Below, in pieces: positions 1-8,335 of a DNA stretch of 52,517 nt (position 1 is its first letter; each line of letters starts with the position of its first letter). This stretch comes from a virus. Taxonomy: Duplodnaviria > Caudoviricetes. The DNA lies in IMG/VR virus record IMGVR_UViG_3300036770_002345, positions 1-52,517 of that record. One strand, 5' to 3'. A program made the position numbers and the translations under genes. The notes below the pieces were generated by a model that was not told where the DNA came from, searched no databases, and saw nothing but the letters and a program-made list of their open reading frames with translations.

Positions 1-52
1 GCCAACTTCACCACATCGCCTTGTTTAAATTTCGCTGCCATCTGAATTCTCC

Positions 53-634
53 TTACGCTGCGTCAAGGCTGAAGGTGTAGGTCACAGACAGAACGTCGCC
101 GTTCTGAACCACGCGATCACCGGGAGCTGCAAAGTCTGACGCCGAAAACAACACACCCGAGGTGCCACCCGGCAAGTCACCTGTCGTTAAAAACGCGCCA
201 CCCACATTCGCAGAGGCGTTGATCAAGAACTGAGCGACTGCCGCAGAGTTCGCAATCACCGAAGGATCTGCTGTGGTGGCTGCGCCGAATGTCGCCGCAG
301 GGCGAGTGGCATTGGTATATGCCGTGACTTCCGTCCATCCCGCATGGGAGGCCATCGTGTCAGCCGAAGACGGGTTGTTGGTCGAAGCAGGACCGTAGAT
401 ACCCACATACCATGCAGCGGTGTAACCTGAGCCTTTGAAGAAGCTCTCGTTCATGTAGGCCAAGCCCACATTCACCACAAGGTTCTTGGACTTCTGTTCC
501 CACTTGAGGTTGCCATCTTTGTCATGGCAACGTACCGTGAAAATACCGCCGCCCTTGAGACCGTCACGGGTGCCGTTGCCTTTCTGGACATTCGCACCAA
601 CGGCATCAACGGACTTTGCCTTATTGATTAGCAT
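53..634 (-). CDS. virion structural protein (tail region)
   Basis: 193-aa Ala/Gly/Thr-rich beta-type ORF in the late operon after the adaptor genes. Confidence 0.6.
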   Translation of the reverse strand: MLINKAKSVDAVGANVQKGNGTRDGLKGGGIFTVRCHDKDGNLKWEQKSKNLVVNVGLAYMNESFFKGSGYTAAWYVGIYGPASTNNPSSADTMASHAGWTEVTAYTNATRPAATFGAATTADPSVIANSAAVAQFLINASANVGGAFLTTGDLPGGTSGVLFSASDFAAPGDRVVQNGDVLSVTYTFSLDAA

Positions 635-645
635 CGTTGATTCTC

Positions 646-1059
646 CTAATTAAACCTAAGTAACGCTGAGGTTGAAGTATTTGCAGGCATCTGCACCGTG
701 AAAGAGTTCGTGGCAATCTTGTCATTGCCAAAACTCAAAACTGCGATGGACTTGTTGGACTTACTGGCGTTGTAAATCAAACCGCCAGCCGCCGTGAAAC
801 TAGCCGGATTCCAAACGGCATTGTCGAAGTTGACGTACACCGTGCCTCCCGATTTGTTCAAGGTGACACCGGTTAACACAACCCCGCCTGCGGTATAGCC
901 TCCGCCGACAACTTCCTGATCGGTGGTATACGCGAGGGTATCCTCGTTTAAATCAGCCGTGCTGTAGTACAACGCCAACTGAAGCGTATCTGTCAGGAGA
1001 TCGTGTTCCCCTTTCAAGATCTGCTCTTTGAAGCTGGTGGTGAGCGTCTGGAAAATCAT
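646..1059 (-). CDS. virion structural protein (tail region)
   Basis: 137-aa ORF overlapping the upstream stop; TSFK..L.G.HD...LALY pattern typical of phage tail proteins. Confidence 0.6.
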   Translation of the reverse strand: MIFQTLTTSFKEQILKGEHDLLTDTLQLALYYSTADLNEDTLAYTTDQEVVGGGYTAGGVVLTGVTLNKSGGTVYVNFDNAVWNPASFTAAGGLIYNASKSNKSIAVLSFGNDKIATNSFTVQMPANTSTSALLRFN

Positions 1060-1694
1060 GTGACCGGAATCCTGTTAAGACCATTCCGGAATGCATCCTG
1101 ACGATCCTTGCCTTCGCCAAGGCGTTTCAGGAGAGCCAAGGACTCTTGGTACTTCTGCTCATAGTACTGAACCATGTCTGCTTCACCCTTCATGTAGAGA
1201 TAGGCTTCGCGCAGGGTTCCGTAAAGAAGTACGGTCTCGAAGTTATCGCCGAGCCAAGAGGTACTCGCCGTCACAATGCTTTCTGGGTAATAGTAGTAAT
1301 GCAGTTCGACTTGGTAGTTGCTATCAGGGGTTGGCCCTAAGATGAAAGTGTTTTGGTCGAAGATGGCATAGTACTTCGGAACACCCACATCATCAGGGTC
1401 CGGATAGCATTCCCGAATAAAGTTGACATCCTTGTCGAGAAGAAAGGTCTGAGCGTTTGTAACCGGATCAATCACCGCCAGCGAAAAGTTCGCCAGCCAA
1501 TCTGCCGGAACAGTCAGATACTTGTTGCTAGGGGTCAGGGTGCCGATCTGGTTCTTTCGAATCGCGGGGATGAAGACAGCGTTATAGATCCGCTCTTCTG
1601 CCAGTTGAACGAAATTGGGGATGTTCGCAACAAACGAAGTTTCTTCGTTCTGCGTGTACTGTTTAACCAGATCGACGAGTTGGGTGTAGTTCAT
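1056..1694 (-). CDS. head-tail adaptor-like protein
   Basis: MNYTQL...IPNFVQLAEERI...G.PKYYA...LGPTPD...LLYG.L.EAY pattern of podovirus adaptor proteins; synteny. Confidence 0.65.
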   Translation of the reverse strand: MNYTQLVDLVKQYTQNEETSFVANIPNFVQLAEERIYNAVFIPAIRKNQIGTLTPSNKYLTVPADWLANFSLAVIDPVTNAQTFLLDKDVNFIRECYPDPDDVGVPKYYAIFDQNTFILGPTPDSNYQVELHYYYYPESIVTASTSWLGDNFETVLLYGTLREAYLYMKGEADMVQYYEQKYQESLALLKRLGEGKDRQDAFRNGLNRIPVT

Positions 1695-2068
1695 GTCACA
1701 GCGACCGTCACAGTTCCGACGAACCCAGTGGAGATCAAATCATTCGGGGTGAGATCCGTGTCATAGCCTTCAGCCCCGCCAATCGGATTCCATCCATACT
1801 GGAACATCCGGCTACCACCTGCGCCTTGGTTACCGGGGGCAAAGAAGGTGTTATCGGGGCGGGCATTGCGAAGCGCCTGCGGATCATCCATAGGGATGCG
1901 ACCTAACTGCAACTGCGGGTGGTCCACATCCATGCATTCAAAACACACCCGAATACCAATGGGGAGCAGGTTCTCATACTGCTCGTTTAAATCATGCAGA
2001 TCGTACCGCTGACCACACCGGTCGCAGAATCCAAATGCATGTTTACCACTGGCAAACGGTTTGCCCAT
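1691..2068 (-). CDS. conserved Zn-binding morphogenesis protein
   Basis: CDRC...CFEC motifs; lies between two adaptor-like genes. Confidence 0.6.
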   Translation of the reverse strand: MGKPFASGKHAFGFCDRCGQRYDLHDLNEQYENLLPIGIRVCFECMDVDHPQLQLGRIPMDDPQALRNARPDNTFFAPGNQGAGGSRMFQYGWNPIGGAEGYDTDLTPNDLISTGFVGTVTVAVT

Positions 2069-2772
2069 TAGACGTTCCTGCCAATATAGCCATGCATAGG
2101 CACGAATCGTACGGAGGCTTTTTCCCGATCCTCACCTGCCGCCAGATCCCATTGGATCTCATATTCTTGCTTGAGTAGACCCACCCGATCTGCGGCTTCA
2201 GGACGCTTCATCGCAATGTAGTAGGCGAGTCCAGAAACTAAGCAGGGTAAGAATCGTGCAGGGATATCGATGGTATTGGAACCGCCATTCCCCACATCCT
2301 GAATACGCCGCATCTTCCAATAGACGAGGGTATAGGTCTGGGTGTTGTCAGGAACCGGCCACAGATACACCACCGGAGCGGCTCTCTGTCGATCCACATA
2401 AATCTGTAGCGGCATCCCTTGGGTGAGCTTGTTGCTCAATTGGGCATAGTCCGATACCGAAATCCGGGACAGGGTGTAATCCGTTTGGCTGGAGACATTC
2501 CCAGAATAAGTTCTGAGTTGATGCTCCAATAGATCGATGGTGTCAGCGGGCATGGTGTAGGTGAAGGTTCCGGGAGTCAGTACCTGAGAACCTTGTTCCA
2601 CCGTCCAGAGATTGATGCCCCGGTTCTGCCATTCGAGGGCCATGAAGTTCATGGACCGGCGGGCAGTCTGGAGATCATAACCGGTACGCAACTCCATACC
2701 TGCCCGTTCGAAAGCCTCTTCAACGAGTTCCCGAAACTCAGGGTTGAAAGTTGCTACACCGCTGGTGGTCAT
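2068..2772 (-). CDS. head-tail adaptor / tail tubular protein A-like
   Basis: EEAFER.G...ARRS.N...W.N.G.NLW...LWPVPD...GLAYY pattern; synteny after the head genes. Confidence 0.65.
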   Translation of the reverse strand: MTTSGVATFNPEFRELVEEAFERAGMELRTGYDLQTARRSMNFMALEWQNRGINLWTVEQGSQVLTPGTFTYTMPADTIDLLEHQLRTYSGNVSSQTDYTLSRISVSDYAQLSNKLTQGMPLQIYVDRQRAAPVVYLWPVPDNTQTYTLVYWKMRRIQDVGNGGSNTIDIPARFLPCLVSGLAYYIAMKRPEAADRVGLLKQEYEIQWDLAAGEDREKASVRFVPMHGYIGRNV

Positions 2773-3080
2773 TAGACCATCCGGCCCTTGGTCTTACCGC
2801 GCATGGCGCAACCATCAATGCCACGACCGGTGGAACCGCCTTCGGCGTAAGACATGCCCCCTTTTTTGTAGGTCATGCCACCACCCATCATTTTGCCTTT
2901 ACCATCTGCCGCAAAGAACGGGACCTTCTCGCCGCCCTTATCGACCATCTTGAGGCTTCCACCTTCAGCATAGGACATGCCGCCCTTACGCATCATGTTC
3001 TTCATATCATCCTCCATTCCTTTGCGTTTCTCTTCCTCAACACCAATGGCAATCACCATCAAGGGATCTCGACCTTTCAT
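2772..3080 (-). CDS. small Gly/Met/Lys-rich putative internal head protein
   Basis: ATG at 3080 overlaps the upstream TGA; repeated YAEGG/YKKGG and C-terminal GIDGCAMRGKT. Confidence 0.6.
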   Translation of the reverse strand: MKGRDPLMVIAIGVEEEKRKGMEDDMKNMMRKGGMSYAEGGSLKMVDKGGEKVPFFAADGKGKMMGGGMTYKKGGMSYAEGGSTGRGIDGCAMRGKTKGRMV

Positions 3081-3319
3081 GCCCGTGTCCTCCCTCGCAT
3101 CGCACATCCATCGATACCGCCGCCTCTTGCCATGTTCTTCTTCGGCTTGCTCATGCCCGCCTCAGATAACGCAATGGCAATTGCTTGCTTACGATCTTTA
3201 ACCACAGGCCCCTTCTTGCTGCCCGAATGAAGTTTGCCTTCCTTAAACTCTTCCATAACCGTGCGAACCTTGCCCGGTTTCTCAATTTGTTGACCCATGT
3301 TGGACCGAGATATCGCCAT
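3077..3319 (-). CDS. DUF6496-like small basic protein
   Basis: KV..VM.EFKEGKLHSG...V..RKQAIAIALSEA motif. Confidence 0.65.
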   Translation of the reverse strand: MAISRSNMGQQIEKPGKVRTVMEEFKEGKLHSGSKKGPVVKDRKQAIAIALSEAGMSKPKKNMARGGGIDGCAMRGRTRA

Positions 3320-3320
3320 C

Positions 3321-3572
3321 TTACTTGCCTCGTTGTCTAAACGGTTTCACTTTTTTCGCGATTTCTTTGGGTTGCGCGACGAACTGCTTGCCTTCCTTTT
3401 TGCCTTTACGCTTGGCGGCGGTGGTTCGGGCGTACTCAGCAGGCGAGAGAGACTTGATCGCAGCCTCTGGTAAATATCTTTCGCCTGTTTGACTAGAAGG
3501 CTTACCAGATTTTGTGCGCCAACGCTGATCGCCCCAAGCCTTGAGCGATTGTTGACTTTTTCGTAGCGCCAT
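3321..3572 (-). CDS. DUF5872-like protein, C-terminal half
   Basis: Q.SL..W..Q.W.TKSG...ERYLP..A motif; RBS AGGTGGA upstream of ATG 3572. Confidence 0.55.
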   Translation of the reverse strand: MALRKSQQSLKAWGDQRWRTKSGKPSSQTGERYLPEAAIKSLSPAEYARTTAAKRKGKKEGKQFVAQPKEIAKKVKPFRQRGK

Positions 3573-3586
3573 ACCATGATCCACCT

Positions 3587-4111
3587 ATGGAGAACAAAGA
3601 TGAAATTTGGGATGTGATCCCAGAAACAAATGACCGATATTCCGTAAGCAATTTTGGAAAAGTTCGCGCAAACTGGACAGATATCCCGCAGCGGAATCTA
3701 TCCTATCGAAAACGAATTGAAAGAACATTAATCCTATCTGCGTGGACTCATACGAATGGATATGTGCGTGTTGCTCTTGGCCGTGGAAATTTAAAATATG
3801 TACACCGTCTTGTTGCACAATCCTTTGTCCACAATCCAGATAACCTTCCACAAGTTGACCATATAGATGGTGATAGGACAAATAATCACGCTTCAAACTT
3901 GCGCTGGGTGACGGCAAATCAGAATTCAAAATACGGCGGCGAAAGGCATAACTGGGAGTCACAACGAATAGCAAGCGCAAAGAGGCGAATTTACGAAGCA
4001 AAAAAATCAGAGTACCTAGCCTTGGTTGAGCAGGGGTACAGTTTAAGACGTATTGCAAAACTTTTTGGTACATCACATTCCGTTATAAGCAATGTTTTGA
4101 AAACCAAATGA
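3587..4111 (+). CDS. free-standing NUMOD4/HNH homing endonuclease
   Basis: W..IP....YSVSNFGKV (NUMOD4), VHRLVA..F...VDHIDGDRTNN..SNLRWVT..N (HNH), C-terminal HTH; opposite strand and AT-richer than neighbours. Confidence 0.9.
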   Translation: MENKDEIWDVIPETNDRYSVSNFGKVRANWTDIPQRNLSYRKRIERTLILSAWTHTNGYVRVALGRGNLKYVHRLVAQSFVHNPDNLPQVDHIDGDRTNNHASNLRWVTANQNSKYGGERHNWESQRIASAKRRIYEAKKSEYLALVEQGYSLRRIAKLFGTSHSVISNVLKTK

Positions 4112-4125
4112 ACGTTGAGGGGGCT

Positions 4126-4563
4126 TCATGCAATGGGTCCACCCACTAACCATGCATCGCAGGTGCGATCACCCGCGCATTTGAAATGAAAGAGTTCGCA
4201 GTAGCCTAAGTTGCTCGCCTTGATCACCTCCATGGCGCTATCCATGTGAGGTTTGTCACCGGCTTCCATCCCCTTGGCAATACAGGCCAACATCTTGGGG
4301 GTTTTGATAAAGGCCGCACAGTTCCCGCAACGGGCGGTCTTGGCTTCCTCTGGGGAGATCATCCAGAGCTTGGCCTTCTTAGACCAAAACTTCTCTGAAG
4401 GTTCGTTAGGATTCAAAGGACCATAGCCATAGTCTTCGATGGCATGGTTGCGGTTCTTGAGATTGACATGGATGTCCAAGGTCGCCACAGGACAAGACTT
4501 ACCATCCTTATAGGATCGCTTGATGGCAGCACCGATGGCATCTTTTTTAATCCGCATAGCCAT
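4126..4563 (-). CDS. Cys-rich metal-binding hypothetical protein
   Basis: CGNC...GYC...FKC....TCDAW. Confidence 0.6.
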   Translation of the reverse strand: MAMRIKKDAIGAAIKRSYKDGKSCPVATLDIHVNLKNRNHAIEDYGYGPLNPNEPSEKFWSKKAKLWMISPEEAKTARCGNCAAFIKTPKMLACIAKGMEAGDKPHMDSAMEVIKASNLGYCELFHFKCAGDRTCDAWLVGGPIA

Positions 4564-4564
4564 A

Positions 4565-4756
4565 TCAATCTCGGTAACCGCCTCCCGCTTCCTTGTACTT
4601 TTTGGCTAATAGCTGGGCCTTGCGGGCTGACCATTGGCCTGCTTTGGTTCCCTGTGTGGCGGAACCTTTGATCTGGTTAAACAGGCGCTTACGCAGTTCA
4701 GGCTTGGTGTAGTTGCCTGCTGCGTTGACCTTGCTCTTGGACTTGGCTTTAGCCAT
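4565..4756 (-). CDS. DUF5872-like protein, N-terminal half
   Basis: NYTKPELR..L...IK.....G...GQWSARKAQLLA..YK..GGGY motif; TAATG overlap with the upstream gene. Confidence 0.6.
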   Translation of the reverse strand: MAKAKSKSKVNAAGNYTKPELRKRLFNQIKGSATQGTKAGQWSARKAQLLAKKYKEAGGGYRD

Positions 4757-5040
4757 TACCATTTCACCTTGTCTGCCCAGTACGCCGCAGACATCTTTCC
4801 TTTCGAGATGTTCTTGGCATGACGGGATTTAAACGACTCTCGCCGTTTGCGATAGGACTCAGATTCCCCGGCTTTTTTCGGGGAACCTGAGACACCTTGC
4901 TGACCAAAGCGAATGGTCTTGACCTGATCGCCAGACTTGGCAACGACAACGTGAGACTTGGTCGGATGGCTTGGAGTTCTCTTGGGTTGATTAAACCCAG
5001 AGACACCAGCGCGTTCCAGTCTTGGGTCTTTTTTAGCCAT
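4756..5040 (-). CDS. small basic hypothetical protein
   Basis: 94 aa, Lys/Arg-rich; K.IRFGQQG...RR.SF..RH...SA.YW...W pattern common in viruses. Confidence 0.65.
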   Translation of the reverse strand: MAKKDPRLERAGVSGFNQPKRTPSHPTKSHVVVAKSGDQVKTIRFGQQGVSGSPKKAGESESYRKRRESFKSRHAKNISKGKMSAAYWADKVKW

Positions 5041-5048
5041 GGGAATTC

Positions 5049-5642
5049 CTAGCCGCAAAGCACCGTAACTTTCGACACCTGATCCAAGGTCATGACCGCG
5101 ATGTCCCCTCGACCTGAATTACTCTTGGTCGTGAGAATGCCCTCTGGCGGGATCATGGCATCGTTGGCAGTGGCATCACCGGGCGTATACACCTTCAAGA
5201 TCACCGTATTATTCGGCTGAGCGGTGAAGGTGATACTGCCTTCTGATGACGTTGCAATGTACAAGACGCCCTTGATGCGGGTTCGAGGAAACGCAAGGTC
5301 TCCGCCGTAACCGATCTTGATGCCGCCACCCGAAGGACCACTGACCGACACACTGCTGACGCTAGTGTAGTAGTTAGTGGAATACACCACGGATGCACTG
5401 GGGCCGTTGAAACTTTCGGTCACTACCCCGTCAGCGCCTGTAATGCCTACCTTGACGCCCGTCACGGTGAAGACGGTGGCACTGTCTGCGCCATCCGAAG
5501 TCACAGAGACTTTGTAGCCGGTTCCGTACTGACCAATGTTGTTCGCCAACAAGGCCACCGATCCCGTTGCGGCAATGGATGCCGACGCAAACAGGTAGTC
5601 ATCGTCGCTGTCCGGACTGACTGCCCAAACATCATACTGCAT
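5049..5642 (-). CDS. putative virion structural protein
   Basis: 197-aa Ser/Thr/Gly/Val-rich ORF with GGAGG RBS in the head module. Confidence 0.6.
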   Translation of the reverse strand: MQYDVWAVSPDSDDDYLFASASIAATGSVALLANNIGQYGTGYKVSVTSDGADSATVFTVTGVKVGITGADGVVTESFNGPSASVVYSTNYYTSVSSVSVSGPSGGGIKIGYGGDLAFPRTRIKGVLYIATSSEGSITFTAQPNNTVILKVYTPGDATANDAMIPPEGILTTKSNSGRGDIAVMTLDQVSKVTVLCG

Positions 5643-5676
5643 AGAGAATCCTCCGCTTAGGGGCTACCCCCGATGA

Positions 5677-5931
5677 TTAAACGGTGACGCTCGTATAGAG
5701 GGCGATGTAGGCCGTGGTTGCGCCGACAAGAACCTGAATGAAACCCACCTGATTCGAGACTGCGCCCGAAGCCGCATTAACGGCCACACCGATTTTGGTG
5801 GTGCCAACGGTCAGGGAAGTGGTTACCAAGTTGGTTACTGTCGCCGAACTGGCAGTGAATACGGTGCTTGAAACGTCACCGATGAAACCATTGTCCGATT
5901 GAACCGGACCCGAAAAAGTAGTCTTAGCCAT
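5677..5931 (-). CDS. small virion (head fibre/decoration-like) protein
   Basis: MAKTTFSGPV.S..GF N-terminus; directly downstream of the major capsid gene. Confidence 0.6.
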   Translation of the reverse strand: MAKTTFSGPVQSDNGFIGDVSSTVFTASSATVTNLVTTSLTVGTTKIGVAVNAASGAVSNQVGFIQVLVGATTAYIALYTSVTV

Positions 5932-5942
5932 GTTTAAACCTC

Positions 5943-6009
5943 GTATGCGAGTTGTCCACCAGTCTGCATACTGTCAGCCGGGTCTGTCTGGTGGACTCTG
6001 TTATCCCGG
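5943..6009 (-). ncRNA. candidate double-pseudoknot cis-regulatory RNA
   Basis: 9-bp stem GUCCACCAG/CUGGUGGAC; its loop can pair upstream (CCGGG/CCCGG) and downstream (GUAUGC/GCAUAC) next to the GAGG RBS. Confidence 0.45.
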
Positions 6010-6036
6010 TAGTGTGATTAAACACTACACAGGGTC

Positions 6037-6063
6037 CAAAAGAAAGGGGGACCGAAGTCCCCC
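6037..6063 (-). terminator. Rho-independent terminator after the major capsid gene
   Basis: GGGGGAC-UUCG-GUCCCCC followed by UUUCUUUU. Confidence 0.85.
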
Positions 6064-6083
6064 GTTCTTTGCCTTGTGGGCTA

Positions 6084-6992
6084 TCAGGTTGAACCCGGCG
6101 ACCCGTAGATGCCGAGCGGATCAGACACACCGAACGAATATCGCTCGCGAGCCTTATACCGCACGTTCCCGGTATCGAAGTCTCCATCCATGCCGGTCGA
6201 AAGCGGCGTACGCACAAAGTGCTTCATGCCGTTCGGAACGTCAGTGATGAGGAAGAAGGCGTTGGTGTCGGTCAGATAATGGTTGACCGCATAGCCTTCC
6301 GGGATAGCACCCATGTTACGAATCGCGTTGATGTCGTTATCTGCCGTCGCCGTACGGAGAGTGGTCTCCATGAGGCGCTCAGCAACGAACATCAACTGAG
6401 ACGGAACGATGAGCCGACGAGGACGAGCCGCAATCAAGAGGCCACGCTCATCAACGAAGTTGGCAATCGAGATGATTGCATCTTCGAGCGAGGTCTCATT
6501 GAGGTCGGCACCCACAGTCGGACGGTTGGCATTGGTGCCACCGCTGACGAGCGGGTGAGCGGTGCTGAACAGGGTCACGCCGTCGCCAGACTGGAACGTC
6601 GTGAAGCCGTTGTTCAACAAAGCTGCTGCCTTGACCTGCTTGGTATTCGCCATACCACGGGCGAGAGCCTTGGTGTAACGAGCAGAGAGTTGGTCATAGA
6701 GGTTGTCCTCCATGGCTTCCTCAGTGATCGAGAAACCCATCGCAATCGTTTCGTGGTTGTAGCGAGCGGTCCAAGCCTCTTGAGCGTTGTCATAGGCAAT
6801 GGCCTGACCTTCCGGTTTCACCGGGGCCGTGCCGAAGCCCGACAACTTGACTTCCTCTTCGAAAGCCTTCTCAGAGTTCTCGGTCTCATAGATGAGCGTA
6901 TGCTCATCCTCGTACTTGGCATACTCCAAACCGAATAAGGCATTCAGCCCCGGCAGGAGTTCCTTCAACATTTGTGCGCGTGAAATAGCCAT
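6084..6992 (-). CDS. major capsid protein (HK97 fold, Mu gpT-like)
   Basis: MAISRAQ..KEL.PGLNALFGLEY...GDGV.LFSTAHP...P..LIVP..L...A.R...RERYSFG.SD pattern; followed by a terminator. Confidence 0.88.
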   Translation of the reverse strand: MAISRAQMLKELLPGLNALFGLEYAKYEDEHTLIYETENSEKAFEEEVKLSGFGTAPVKPEGQAIAYDNAQEAWTARYNHETIAMGFSITEEAMEDNLYDQLSARYTKALARGMANTKQVKAAALLNNGFTTFQSGDGVTLFSTAHPLVSGGTNANRPTVGADLNETSLEDAIISIANFVDERGLLIAARPRRLIVPSQLMFVAERLMETTLRTATADNDINAIRNMGAIPEGYAVNHYLTDTNAFFLITDVPNGMKHFVRTPLSTGMDGDFDTGNVRYKARERYSFGVSDPLGIYGSPGST

Positions 6993-7005
6993 TTTCTAGA
7001 ACTCC

Positions 7006-7854
7006 TTAGGCTGTGACGCTACTGTAGTAACCGTGGGTCAACACATTGAGTTTGACCAACAGTTCACGGTAGACGGTGAACACGATGTTCGATGCGGAAG
7101 GAATGGCCGTGACACTACCCGGCACATCAATCGCCGCATTGATCGTGACCGAAAGATCGCCAGCGGCGGCAGCAGCCGTCACAAACGAACCGGTCTCAAT
7201 CAACTGACCATTGCTCGCGTAGTAAGCCACACTGGTTCCCACCGGAATCGCCGCCGGAAGACCCGAACCCGTGAGGGTGATCGTGGTGCTGGAGGACGAA
7301 CCGGTTGCCGCATACGAGATCGAAGTCTCCGGAACCACACCGACGCAACGCAGCGGGAGGATCGTGGTAGCCGGGGTCGCAGTCGGCGCGAGAATCGCGT
7401 TCTTGCTGTTACCGGTGTTCACGTTACCCGACGCATTGTCGATACAGGACAGGTTCGTTCCGACCATCGCATAAGCGCCAGAGGCCATAACAGTCGTTGC
7501 CGAGCAGACAGCCGCTTTAAACACGGTATCTGGATCGTCAACCACATAGGCCACCGCATCACCAGCCAAAGTCGAAGCGGGCCAGTATTGGCTGAAACGC
7601 TTGTTCTTGGTGACTGGATCAGTGTAGGAGCAACCAAAGAAAACACCCGTTAATGCGTTTGAACTGGTGGTGGCACCAATTGCAGCGCGGGTGACCGAAC
7701 CTCGTACGACCTTGACGAAATCCCCGTAGAAGATGTTCGTCGTATAGCCGTACTGAATCGGGTACATACGGGTGGAACCCGCAAATACCTGACCGCCGAT
7801 GAGGTTAATCGGCAGGAACCCATAAGGGGCTGTTACATCAGTTCCTGAAGCCAT
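7006..7854 (-). CDS. putative capsid decoration/cement protein
   Basis: APYGF.P...IFYGD.V...G.F.GC.YTDP...V.DDPD..F pattern; between scaffold and capsid genes. Confidence 0.6.
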   Translation of the reverse strand: MASGTDVTAPYGFLPINLIGGQVFAGSTRMYPIQYGYTTNIFYGDFVKVVRGSVTRAAIGATTSSNALTGVFFGCSYTDPVTKNKRFSQYWPASTLAGDAVAYVVDDPDTVFKAAVCSATTVMASGAYAMVGTNLSCIDNASGNVNTGNSKNAILAPTATPATTILPLRCVGVVPETSISYAATGSSSSTTITLTGSGLPAAIPVGTSVAYYASNGQLIETGSFVTAAAAAGDLSVTINAAIDVPGSVTAIPSASNIVFTVYRELLVKLNVLTHGYYSSVTA

Positions 7855-7888
7855 TTGAAATTACCTCGATAAGTGGAAAGATAAGGAT

Positions 7889-8335
7889 TTAACCTCGTCC
7901 GAAAGTGGTGCGCGTGGATCGCTCCGGATTAAGGAGCGGCATTCGCGGATCATTTTCCCGTAGATAACTACGGTCCACACCGTCGATCTGTCGATCTGAA
8001 AGGTCTTGGAAGTATTTCTGGCGTTGCAACATCTTCTCTTGAGGAGCCTTGCATAGGAGCAAACCCCCCACTTCCACGTTCCCTTTAAACTGAGAATTGA
8101 TGTCTGAAAGGATCTTCAACTCAGGATGATCCTCTGCTTTGACAGGTTCCCAGCCCTCACGGAACTGGCGTGAGACGTTGGTGTTATCCGAACGTCCTAG
8201 TGAAGAAGTGCGAATCCAGCGGAATACCCAACCGTCTTTCGGCTCGGGGACCGGCAGTGCAGATTGCGGCAACCAAGCGTCCGTGGGACGCGATTCGGCT
8301 GCACGGTCAATACGAATTTTGCGCTCATCAGCCAT
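7889..8335 (-). CDS. conserved head-module protein
   Basis: W.P...LP.P....GW.FRWIR......D..N......EGWEPV...GGLLLCK motif. Confidence 0.7.
   Translation of the reverse strand: MADERKIRIDRAAESRPTDAWLPQSALPVPEPKDGWVFRWIRTSSLGRSDNTNVSRQFREGWEPVKAEDHPELKILSDINSQFKGNVEVGGLLLCKAPQEKMLQRQKYFQDLSDRQIDGVDRSYLRENDPRMPLLNPERSTRTTFGRG

Noticed and set aside
3575-4125. Group I intron around the HNH gene
   Set aside because: The flanks are only about 15 nt, too short for an intron core, and the neighbouring ORFs have their own starts and stops
5243-5249. Other CTGATGA occurrences (for example 5243, about 49033, about 49903) as hammerheads
   Set aside because: They lie inside genes on the antisense strand and lack matching GAAA and stems
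5943-6009. HDV-like or theta ribozyme
   Set aside because: The topology is superficially similar, but only 5 nt lie where P3/L3 must form and there is no P1.1
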